Source of the DNA: Intoshia linei
Lineage: Eukaryota > Animalia > Orthonectida
DNA length: 44,598 nt
Direction: 5' to 3'
Assembly: GCA_001642005.1 (NCBI GenBank)
Contig: LWCA01000170.1
Location: forward strand, 1 to 44,598
Shown one piece after another: positions 1-10,778 of this stretch. The notes below the pieces were generated by a model. That model had not been told where the DNA came from. It ran no database searches and saw nothing but the letters and a program-made list of their open reading frames with translations. The position numbers and the translations under genes were made by a program. Every line of letters starts with the position of its first letter. The stretch's first letter is position 1.

Positions 1-596
1 CAAAAATTGATATAAGAGACTGTACAACATCATGTTCAGAAATGGTAATAATAATTTTCGATTTTAGCCTTGACTGCTCACACATAGAAGGGAACATTTT
101 TTTTGAAAGATTGATCTAAAGTGACAATACTCAATTTTTTTATTTTAATATATTCCATAAGGTCTTTTTTAAATTGTTTATTATGTAAATTAGATTTTAA
201 ATGAACCCTAGCATTGTTGAGGTGTAGTGTTGAGATTTTAATGTTACAGATATCTAGACAATTTGGAACTTTCATTTTACATTATCGTATTTTCTTAATT
301 TTATCAATTTCAAAGTATTTCTTGATAAACTCTTTTTCACAATCTTTTTCAAATTTGTCGAATAACACCATTTCAATTTTTTAAATATGAATAATTACAA
401 ATGTATTTACAAATTCAAAAGAGCAATGTATCGATAATAGAAAAATATCATAAAATTTATATTTTATAAAAACCGAATCGAAAACCGCAAAAAACCGTTT
501 TTCAATTTGAACGGTGATTGGTTGATTGAAACGATTAACTGAAAACCGCTAAAACCGCTTTAAAAACCGGTTTTTATCAATCAGTTCCCACCTCTG
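1..596 (-). mobile_element. Decayed hAT-like DNA transposon 5' end with transposase N-terminal (BED-finger-like) remnant
   Basis: The minus strand begins CAGAGGTGGGAAC at 596, followed by subterminal AAAACCG repeats (about 470-575). A stop-interrupted frame reads CKMKVPNCLDICNIKISTLHLNNARVHLKSNLH, a C..C..N..HL...H pattern resembling a BED finger. The element is truncated by the window edge. Confidence 0.5.
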
Positions 597-692
597 ATAA
601 TCATAATCAAATCAAATCATAATAAAAATTAAAATTATAAAATTATAATTTGAAATTGAGTCCTTCAGTGCCAAAAACCCAGTTTTCCGTTG

Positions 693-1352
693 TTATTTGA
701 TAAAAATAACAAGTATTCGGTTCATTTCAACTGTTGAAATGCAAACATAAAATAGATGGACACAGAATATTTTAAAATTTATTGAGTTTTTTAGTGATAT
801 AATTTTACAAAATTTTGTTCGACACATTCGTATACAGCTTGTAAGAGATATGGAATTAAATAAGCTTGTCAAATGGTCGACTGATCTAAGAGACATATGG
901 CAAGCGGTAAATATAGCTAATTTTATTTCATTTGCATTTGAACCAGTATTGATTGTAGAATTAAGTGTGGAATTCATTGTACTATCAGAGAAAATAGAAT
1001 TGGGTAGACTTTCTCTATCCCTTTTACTGGTTAAATCATAGAGAACTGGAGAAATAATAATAAATCCATCTAATTCAATCCATATATTTAATTCTGAAGT
1101 TCTCATTATAAAAATATGATTATAAAACAATTGTGAACGAGTGAATGATATTACAACAAAAAACTAAACTTTTTATTTTAAAAATAATTGAGCTATAAAA
1201 TTGTATGGTTCATAAAAATATATATGCGTGGAATAAATTAAATTTATAAGAAGTGCGTTGATATTTAAAGTTGTAAACTGCGTTCAAATGTATATTAGTA
1301 ATGTAACATTACTAATGGAAATGCGCGAATTACGCACTTTCTGGCAACTCTG
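693..1352 (-). mobile_element. Second decayed hAT-like element: terminus plus transposase fragment
   Basis: Minus-strand terminus CAGAGTTGCCAG at 1352 resembles hAT-type TIRs. ORF 693-1130 contains EIKLAIFTACHMSLRSVDHL...IRMCRTKFCKII, which I recognise as resembling hAT transposase N-terminal regions. Confidence 0.5.
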
Positions 1353-1520
1353 ACTACTACTGGATTACAGGAATGCAGAATATAACCTTGAAGTAAATTT
1401 TATATTTCTATCCAATTAAACAATGAACAAAGTGCCTGGAACATTTTATTATACATATATTTTATTTACAATTAATTACATACATAGCATACCGAGTGCA
1501 AGTATTTATATAATTCAATT

Positions 1521-4500
1521 TTAAATGAGATTATTTCTATGCATGGTGGATGTAGTACTTAGCTTCTTTAATATTGTATTTGAATTTGGTATTAAGACAT
1601 TTATGTGACAAATACTTCCAAATGCACTACGAAATTTGGCTAAATTATTAATTAAAACGTTACTGTTTAGTTAATGTCCAAGTTGTGGTACTAAGCAGTG
1701 TCAAACCTAATACACTGAGACCCTTTTCGTGGAGACATGGACGAAATTTTTGTAAAAAGATTGAATTTTGACCATTTTTTTGATATTCATTTGAAAATTT
1801 TTTAAAGCGGTCATTGAAAAATATATTGCTAAAAAGAGAGTGGTAGACAAAATGAGTTCAGAAGCCGGTTATAGAGCATCAGTAATGCTGCATCACTGAT
1901 TTAATATATTTTTACCGTTGATAATATTTTATACTATTCTATATTATTTATTCTATATAATATATTTTATCACTGCAGTGATTCCTAAATGCCTGTCGGA
2001 GAAATTATTTTTACAAATTAAAGTCAACTCATTACGTTTTTTATCCAATTTTTTATAAGGTTGCTTAATAATTTGGATTTAATAGTCCGAAATAAATTTT
2101 ATAATTTATTACCAGTCCTACCTGAAAAAAGTGTGGATCCTGTTTTAGACGATTAAATACAATGATAAATATCGGAAATAATGATTAAACTTTTATATGA
2201 TTATAATTATAAATAATATATATATTATCAGAGCCGTCTTAAGCCACTTCGTGGCTTTGGGCTAAGCAAAAGACCGGAGGCCCTTTAAAATTTTGAGCGA
2301 AGCAAAAAAGTATTTCAAGCGAAGCGATAAAAAAATTTTAGGGCCCCTTTTTTGAAAATTAATAAAAGAAAATCAAAGATTTCCTACTTTGTTTTTTGAA
2401 TATTCACTTAATAGAAAGGTTTTAATGTTTAATATTATTATTTGAAACAGTTTTTATGTCAATATTATATGATGAACATTGTATAATATATTTTAAATTT
2501 AATATTTATCAGAACTTTGAATCTTTAAACTATTTTCTTTCTAGCTATTTGAATTCCCACACTTCAAAACTTATAGACTGTTTCTTAAAATATAAATGTG
2601 AAGTATTTTTTAATAAATTGGGGGCCTCTTTTTAAGATATAAGTGTAAAGTACTTTTATTAATTTGGGGGCCTTTTTTAATGAGTGGCCCTGGGCTAAGC
2701 CCATATTGCCCATGCCTTAAAACGGCTCTGTATATGATGAATAATATTATTCATAATATTCATAGTTACTGGGAGTTTATATTCTCAGTTAAAAACCATT
2801 AAAATTATAATTAATTTACCACTCATTAAACAGTAAATAATTGGATTTATTGCACTATTTAATCCGACAAACCAGTGAGCGGTTAAAGCCATATAGACTA
2901 CTAATTCAGATGTTTCGTTCAATATCTTTGAATATCTGGCGATATTGAGTAAATAAACAGGTAGACACAAAACAAAAAATAAGATGTTTATCACAACCAA
3001 CATGTGAGCTACTCGTTTTCGAGATTTGTTTCTTCTACTCGAGTTGTTTTTCGTTTCTAAATTTTCATATACACATGTGCAATGTTAAAAATACGGATAA
3101 CAGATAACTAAGGGGGTCGATTTGCTGATATCATCAAATTTTTTTAAATTTATAAATTACTAATTTGTAAAATGTAACCTGAATACAATGACGCTGGTGA
3201 GTCTTAAATTTTTAATGTTTAGAACTAAGTACTCGGAAAATGGGATTTTTCCTTCATGGTTACTAAATTTTGGTTTTTTATTTTGTGGTTGGATTGAGAG
3301 TTTTTTCTCGTAATGTTTGGTAAAATCGAAATATTTTTAAAAATGTACAAATTGAAATGTTACCTTAATTTAAGCCTAAGGGTTCGTGAAACTGGATTCT
3401 TTATTTTGGGTTGGATTAAAAGGTTCTTTCTCAAAATTTTGCTGGTAATAAAATTTTTACTAAAATTTCAAATGCTTAATTTCAAAAATTCAACCATTTT
3501 TACTAAAAATCAAAATTTACCAATCCTAAAATAAAAATCCAGTCATACCAAATTTTAGTTTTATTATAAATCTTACTAAAATAATAATTATCCTTACTTA
3601 TATAATTATATTATAATTATACTTTGCAATATTGGTAAAATTCAGCTGAAATATGTTTATAAAGTAAAGATTCCGTTAATTATTGATACATAATTGGTAT
3701 TTTTAAGTATTTATTAAATTGGTACTGAATAAATATCATTACATTGAAAATGACAAAATAGGTTTTTATAATTTTATTTTTTCTGGAATTTATGCTATTT
3801 TGACAAAATTTTTAATGAGTGTTTTTACTTTATTGTTAAGATTATACAACTCATTCTGTCTAATAAATTATTTCTTTAATTTTATTTTTTCTGGAATTTA
3901 TGCTATTTATGACAATTTTTAGGATTGGACGTTTTTACTTTACTTTTAATATTATACACACATTTTGTCTAATAAAATTGGACTGTTTTTACTTTATTTT
4001 TAATATTATACACACATTCTGTCTAATAAAATTAAAAAGTTTTAACTTTATTTTTAATATTATACACACATTCTGTCTAATAAATTAAAAAAATGGGATA
4101 ATAATTGTTTATAAAATTATTTACGCAATATTTATAAAAAATTAAAATAAAATAATTCAGTTTAAAGTAAAAAGTAATGTGATATGACGGTTCCACCTAA
4201 AACAAGTTTGGGACCACTCCTTTAAAAGACTGATAATATTGAATAATATGATTTTTAAGTTCGATTTTCAACGTGAATTTATTTTTTTTGGTAGAATAAA
4301 AATGTGTCTTCGGCAGAGCTAGGTGTTGTTTGTACGTAGTACATAACAGTCAACCTAGTTGTATTATAATTTATGATACATTCTTACAAATAAGCCATAT
4401 TCAATACTATTATATATAGTAAATTTGACTACTTAAGCATGTAATTACCAATTGCAATCAATAATAAAACTGTTATTATTTTGATACTATTATACATTAC

Positions 4501-5467
4501 ACATATTATACATTATACATGTATATATTATCAAAAATCAAATCAGCAACAAATTATAATAATTGCCATATAATGTACGAAAAATTAATGCATTTTAAAT
4601 GTATGCATTAAAAATATTGGTGATTGAAATAAAATTATTAATGTATCAATAATCAATATCTAATTACTTGCATGTGTATAATTGTTGGCATATAACGTCT
4701 TATTTCGTTCATTTAGTGATGATTTCATTTTGAGTGAAATTTGAATATAAAAAAATAACATGCAGAAAAATGGTACAACAAAAATAATGACCATAAGTAT
4801 AGATTGATAGATAAGTTGTTTTTTGGGAGACCAAGTTTCATAACAAGTAGTAAATAATATTGTAAAATCTTCAAACGGTGATTTTGTACTAAGTATAAAT
4901 AAATTTGGAGAATTGACAATAATAGCCAATAACCAAACAAACGCAAGTGATTTATAACATGAATTGAGATGAGTTTTTGCACTTTTAGTAGATCGACAAA
5001 TTCCAAAATAACGTTCAACCGATATACACACCAAAGTAAATATTGAAACTGACACAGATATACCCTAAATGAATAATTTACAAAAAAATATATTTTCAAC
5101 CTGTATGAACCCAAAAATTTTGCACATATCTTTTCCCAAAAACCACGTTTCAGTAATATCTCCAAGTATTGTCGTCGGCATACAAGTGAATATCACAATT
5201 AAATCAGATATTGCCAAATTTAGAATAAGAGTATAAACAGTGTTTCTCAATTTATCAAACTTTGCGTAAGAAATAACAACCAGTAAGTTTCCGATTGTTC
5301 CGAGAAGAAATGTAACTATATACAGAAATACAAAAACCCATTCCACTGAAGTTGGATAAATGTCATTATATAAAATCTCCATAACGAGTTCTGGTTTGAT
5401 GGACATTTTTCTGGATGCATTGACGTCTAAATCAGTTATTTTATAAAAAAGAAAGCTTACATTTCAT
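1521..5467 (-). CDS. Class A neuropeptide GPCR, orexin/allatotropin receptor-like. Exons 5467-5461, 5426-5101, 5064-4668, 3056-2820, 1639-1521
   Basis: GT-AG splices are phase-consistent. Motifs: TM1 GN (GTIGNLLV), TM2 NLAISDL...CMPTTILGDITETWFLG, TM3 CK..IQGISVSVSIFTLVCISVERYFGIC, TM6 RKRVAHMLVVI..FVLCLP, TM7 AHWFVGLNSAINPIIYCLMSAKFRSAF. DITETW, SVSVS and HW..NSA.NPIIY..S.KFR are typical of orexin/allatotropin receptors. Confidence 0.88.
2229..2730 (+). mobile_element. hAT-type MITE (about 500 bp) in GPCR intron
   Basis: TIRs CAGAGCCGTCTTAAG...CTTAAAACGGCTCTG and 8-bp TSD TATATTAT/TATATGAT. A second copy lies at 39998-40435. Confidence 0.85.
3591..4358 (+). mobile_element. Complete non-autonomous Helitron-like element in GPCR intron
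   Basis: 5' A|TCCTTACTTATATAA; 3' hairpin (GTTTGTACGTAGTACATAAC) then CTAG|T; no TSD. Contains about 45-bp internal tandem repeats at roughly 3930-4090. Confidence 0.75.
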
Positions 5468-5911
5468 ATTTAAGAAATTGAATAATTAAATTAAACCAAT
5501 TTAAAAGTAATAATTGTAATATATCGAATCTTGTATGCTATTTATAGCTGTAATTTAAATTTCAACTGTCATGTCGTATAATAATTTACATTTAATATTT
5601 GTTTATACACAGCAAGATTCTTGAGCACTCTTGAGTATAATTTTAATTTATTTTTGTAAGCAATTTTCATGATCTTATAAAATTTGGTTAATTTATTCCA
5701 TTATCAAATTCATCAATACAGCTATATGTACTTATAAAACAGCGATTAACAATACGTTTATGAAACTAGAATGTAAAAACAAGGAAAATGTTAAATTTTT
5801 CAATTTGTGTTTATTAATTAAAGTAATATTTATCAGCCTTGATGATGGAAGGAGACCTGAAGTAGAATCTTATCAAATAATAATACTAATATATATCTTA
5901 ATATTAAAATA

Positions 5912-6310
5912 CTAGGTTGACTGTTATGTACTACGTACAAACAGCACCTAACTCTGCTGAGGGTACATTTTTATTATACCAAAAAAATATATTCATGTTG
6001 ACAACCTAACTTAAAAATTCTACTATTCACTATTATCAATCCTTTAAAGGAGTGGTTTCCAAATTTGTTTCAGGTGGAACCATTATATCACATTACTTTT
6101 TACTTTAAACTGAATTATTCCATTTTAATTTTTTGTTTGTTAACATTTGCGTAAAAAATTTTAAAAACAATTTTTATCCCATTTTTTTAATTTATTAGAC
6201 AGAATGTGTGTATAATATTAAAAATAAAGTAAAAACAGTCCAATCCTAAAAATTGTCATAAATAGCATAAATTCCAAAAAAATAAAATTAGTCCAATACT
6301 AAAAATTGTC
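5912..6310 (-). mobile_element. Helitron-like 3' portion (inverted relative to 3591-4358)
   Basis: Same hairpin-CTAG|T terminus at 5912. Homologous in reverse complement to about 3880-4358. Confidence 0.75.
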
Positions 6311-6389
6311 ATAAAGGTGTGAGTTTTGGAAATTGAAATTTATATTATTATATGTAAAAATTGTCATAAATAGCAGATTTAAGAAAAAA

Positions 6390-7270
6390 TCCTAACATAT
6401 ATAATATGCTACGCGATTTTTGTTTGTGTGTTAAGCTTTATTTAAATAACTACCCGTCTTAGAATTTTTTTAATTTTTTAAAGACTACATTTCAATTACA
6501 GTTTTTTTCGGGACGTATATTAAGATAAATTTCAACCTCCCAATTTTACATGTTACGGGTCAAAAACCCCAGTGGTCCCTCTTTTTGAAAACCAAACGAG
6601 TTGGAGAATTTAAAAAAATATATACGCTGATACGGATTTTAAAATCATGAACATTATCATAATTTTAAATGCTGATGCGGATTTTAAAATCATAAACATT
6701 ATCATAAATTTAAATTTAAAAAAATACACTGATGCGGATTTTAAAATCATAAACATTATCATAAATTTAAATTTAAAAAAATTATATTTTCAAAGCCAAA
6801 ACCACAAATTACCCTTCTTTTTTTAATGAAAACAGTTAGTTTCAAAAAATTTACAAATTTTACAGTTGTATCCTGTTAACACATACAGAAAATTTCAATC
6901 CGAATAAGTGACGACTTTATGGTCAAAAAAGCATTTTATTAGTCATATATTTTTTTCCGAAATATTTTATTAAAACAAAAAATGTGAAATAATTAACGTT
7001 CCGAAAATTAAAAAAAAAAATTCTGATAGAGCTTATTCCAGTTGATATAAGTACAAAATTTCAACCCCAGAAATCTACGCATTCCCGGTGAAAAATAAAT
7101 TTTAATATATTATCCACCGATATTTTTCAAATATTTTAATTAAAATCAAAAATTGAAAATGTAAATATTGATTCTACAATTTCAAAAAAAATATGCAGTG
7201 AACGTCTACATATTTCCAATAAAGACATATGGGTGAAAATCTATATAATTCATTCCTTCGGAATTTTTAC
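6390..7270 (+). mobile_element. Helitron-like 5' portion with internal about 43-52-bp tandem repeats
   Basis: Starts A|TCCTAACATATATAATATGCTACGCGATTTTTGTTTGTGTG, homologous to the 5' end at 27970. The unit CTGATGCGGATTTTAAAATCATAAACATTATCATAAAT repeats three times at about 6627-6780. Confidence 0.7.
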
Positions 7271-7403
7271 ATACATACGGCGTATACTACACGCTTTTAA
7301 TACTTAAGGTAAACTTTTCAGTAGCTATAGTGTCGAACTATTTTTAAATTTTTAAATCACAATATTTAATAATCTATATCTTTAAATATCATAAGTGAAA
7401 TAA

Positions 7404-10400
7404 ATGGAGGATGTTAAGAATCTTAGTAGGAATTATACTTTACTAAATAAAATTGATACGAGTGAATCGACTTGTGTATCGATAGATGCAATTTATAGCA
7501 GACTTCGTCGAAATCAGAAAGATATTAGAATATCAAGACTCTTGAATATCGGTAATTTTTATGATATGTGCCGTTTCTGTCATGATTCAGCTGAGGTGCT
7601 GAAGTCTTTAGCTTGAGAGCTGAGTCTTTAGAAAGCCGCACCTTCTAAAATTTGCTTAAACAATGGAAAATAAATACATTTTAAATGTAATTCATACAAC
7701 TATTTTGTAGTCCAAATGTATCACTAATTGATTATTTTGTGATCATGTTTATCTATAATTAACAAATAATATAAATATCATCAAATTGACATGAATATAA
7801 AAACTTTCAAATTGTTCATAAAGCTGCACTTTCCTCATCTCTGGTGGGATTTAATATCCGACATTATTGATTTATTAAAACAAAAATATGCAATAATTAA
7901 TATTCCTAGACAGAGCCGAACTTACCAGCTCGATGCCACCAAAAATGAGAAATAGGCCCCTAAAATTTTTCACTAACGATTCATAGGGTCATATATCCCT
8001 ACCCACCTCTATGAGGCTCTTGACTTGAAATTTTAAATTTAACACAAAATATTTATGATATTCAATATGGTATTGTATGTCTGTTTCCATTGATGGGTTT
8101 ACCACTTTTTTAAATTCAGTGTTAACTCATTTATTTTGGGTTGTAATTATGCTTGAATTTTTGATAATTACCCCCAAAAACTGTTGATAAATCTTAAAAT
8201 CTCTATTATTAAAATTAAACTTAGGTATGAAAGGCATTAGTGCTGCTGCTATTAATGTTACTACTCCATCGAATAAAAAATATTTCATTATGGATCCTGT
8301 TGTAAGAAAGCAACGTCAAAGACATGGTTTAAAGTAATTTACAGTTTTACAAATAGTTTAATTTTAATTTTTCCCATCTAAGGAGATCAAAATTTTCAGC
8401 AACCCTATAAAAAATTACAATATAAAACTTTCAAATACAACTTAAAAGTTGCTTTATTGTGATTTTTAAAATGATAAATTTTTTCGTAATAGTTGAAAAA
8501 AATTGTCTGCGAATCGATAATAATTTCATATGGGGAAAATGTGGCCGTTTAAAAAATTAGAATAATTTAAAATAAACAAATAAATTTATATTATATCTGT
8601 TTGGCCCCTCATAATATCTAGCCCCTGGCTGAAAATCATCGATCCGCCACTTATTAGAGTATTTAATAGATACTCTATCTCATATTATAAGCAGAGATTT
8701 GAACTACTAAGAAAACATTAAATATCTTATGAATAAATTTGTATTATAGTAATTAATATTTCTTCGTAAATCCTATTAAGAAATTGTGATGCGAGGTTCC
8801 GAAATTTTTATATTATTAAAATGGGGTCGCGCGTGACAAAAGGTTAAGAATCCCTAATTTAAACAAGTCAAAACTATATACATGTAGTATTTAGTGTTTT
8901 AAAAGAATTGATAAAAGATGTAAGTAACTTGACAGGCACACAAATAGTTTGTATTATTCACACAGAATCAGAAATGTCTAATTTACATGCAACAAAAATA
9001 ATTGGATCTGAACCACTCTTATCAACCGTAAATTTATTAATAGAAAATGTATAGTTTATGAAACAGAAATGGTTGGTTGTCAATAACCATAAAAAATACC
9101 ATATTAAACCCTCAGGGAAAGATTGACTTTTACCGATATTTTTTTGAAAAAAACGTTCAATATTTTCATAAATGTTTTATATTTCTTATTTCCTTTGGGG
9201 TCCAAAAAAATATATATTTTGAAATGAGGGTGTGTACACTATTTTAATCGGGAACCACTGCGTTAGACTAAATGATCAATGACCCAATGGTCATACACGA
9301 ATTCGTGATTATTTTATCTAGCTCTAATTCTCAGATTTTTCCATCATTTGCAAGTAACTTTAAATTTTTTTGATTTGGGTGATGTATCAACTATCAACAA
9401 ATGTATTTAATTTTTTTCTGTTAATATTTCTGGAAATAGACTAGAGAAAGCAGAGATTCAATTAAATGAGAGTAATATTTAAGACATCAGGCGTTTGTCA
9501 ATCATTCATTATTTCTCGTTATAATTTTCATATGAAGTTTTACATTACGCATTGTATGAAGTCCCATTATTTTGATGTATCCGGTCTTTTTAAAATCCAT
9601 GAGCCAGATTACGTAGAACGCTAATAAAACACCAATTATAGTTATATTTAATTAATATTATAATACTTTTAGGTGTTTAAATACAAATCAATGATTCAAT
9701 GTGATATGGAACGAAACATGGAACAATTAGCAAACATGTTAATAGATGAAACCCCTAAACCCGAAATCCTACCAATTAAAAAATTGACACCACTATATCT
9801 AAATGGATTTGCCGTCCATATTAGAACAGTACCTGTGGTAAAACATTTATTTTTGTAATCTAAGAAAGGTCTCTTAAATTTTTACCACGGAACGGTTATT
9901 TCACATTTAATTAATACTTCTAAGAAACACTACAAAAATATTATCGCTACATTACTTTTTACCTTCTTATTAATAGTTCAATATTAAATTTTGCAAAATT
10001 CATCCCGAACCAATACATTTTTTTGAAGATCTGTAGTAATCCCCGTACCTAAATTTGGGAACCGCTGATCTAAGATAATTTTTAACGACAATGAAAGGTA
10101 TGGAATCATACATAATACAAATTTTTAGGGATGGTTTTCAATGTACACATTTTTTTTATTCCTTTTGAACCGCACCAATAATATACAAAGATTTACAATT
10201 ATTAATTTAGGTGACAATGAGAAGTTTCATACCGGAAATAATAAAAATCAGTTGTAATAGATCTAGCGTCAACTGGGGGAATATTTTATATAAGCCAAAA
10301 TGGTGGCCAGTAAACATTCCATTTTTGAATGTTAAATCAGACAGTAGGAGTGACAAAGAAAAAAGAAAAAAACCTTGGGCCGAAGCTTTAAGAGATATAA

Positions 10401-10723
10401 TAATTTCTTGCTATGAACACCACGGCGTTGGAAATTTGTTGTTTGATATTGATGGATATGATTCACCCCAAAAAAAAAAAAATCGTAGTGTAGTAAAATC
10501 ACCAAGTATATCATCAAAAAAACCAGAAGAATGTACATCAGAAATAGATTTTGGTGAATGTAAGCACATTATTGCAAATGACGGATCAGGTAATTTGACA
10601 ATCGTTAAAGTCATAAAAGTAAAAATGTCTGATCCGTCCAAAATGGACTATGATGTAGTTCAACTCAAGGACGGTTCTTATGGAAAGATTCTTGAAGAAA
10701 TTGTGGTAGATGAAATCATATAA
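7404..10723 (+). CDS. NRF1: Nuclear respiratory factor 1 / erect wing (NRF1/EWG/P3A2) transcription factor. Exons 7404-7551, 8225-8333, 8895-9027, 9673-9837, 10211-10723
   Basis: The spliced product follows the NRF1 DNA-binding domain in order: GISAAAI...MDPVVRKQRQR, TGTQIVCI...IIGSEPLLSTVFKYKSMI, LTPLYLNG, MRSFIPEIIK...NWG...KPKWWPVNIPFLNVKSDSRS..K..PWAEALRDIIISCYEHHGVGNLL. All junctions are GT-AG and in phase. Confidence 0.9.
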
Positions 10724-10778
10724 AATGTATAATAAATTTTACAAAATTGAATATTCACACATTATATACACATTTGAA

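Noticed and set aside
3930-4090. CRISPR-like regular repeats (also 6627-6780 and 21150-21290)
   Set aside because: Tandem units without unique spacers, no cas genes, eukaryotic context.
4725-5165. 146-aa ORF overlapping GPCR exons in another frame
   Set aside because: Alternative-frame artefact that crosses the 36-nt intron; the GPCR frame explains the sequence.
7911-8652. hAT-like ends apparently flanking NRF1 exon 2 (exon capture)
   Set aside because: The ends are not clear inverted copies and have no TSD; more likely two separate relics in adjacent introns.
9440-9625. Possible extra NRF1 exon with a 19-nt intron
   Set aside because: Exons 8895-9027 and 9673-9837 join directly into a continuous NRF1 alignment, so no insertion is needed.
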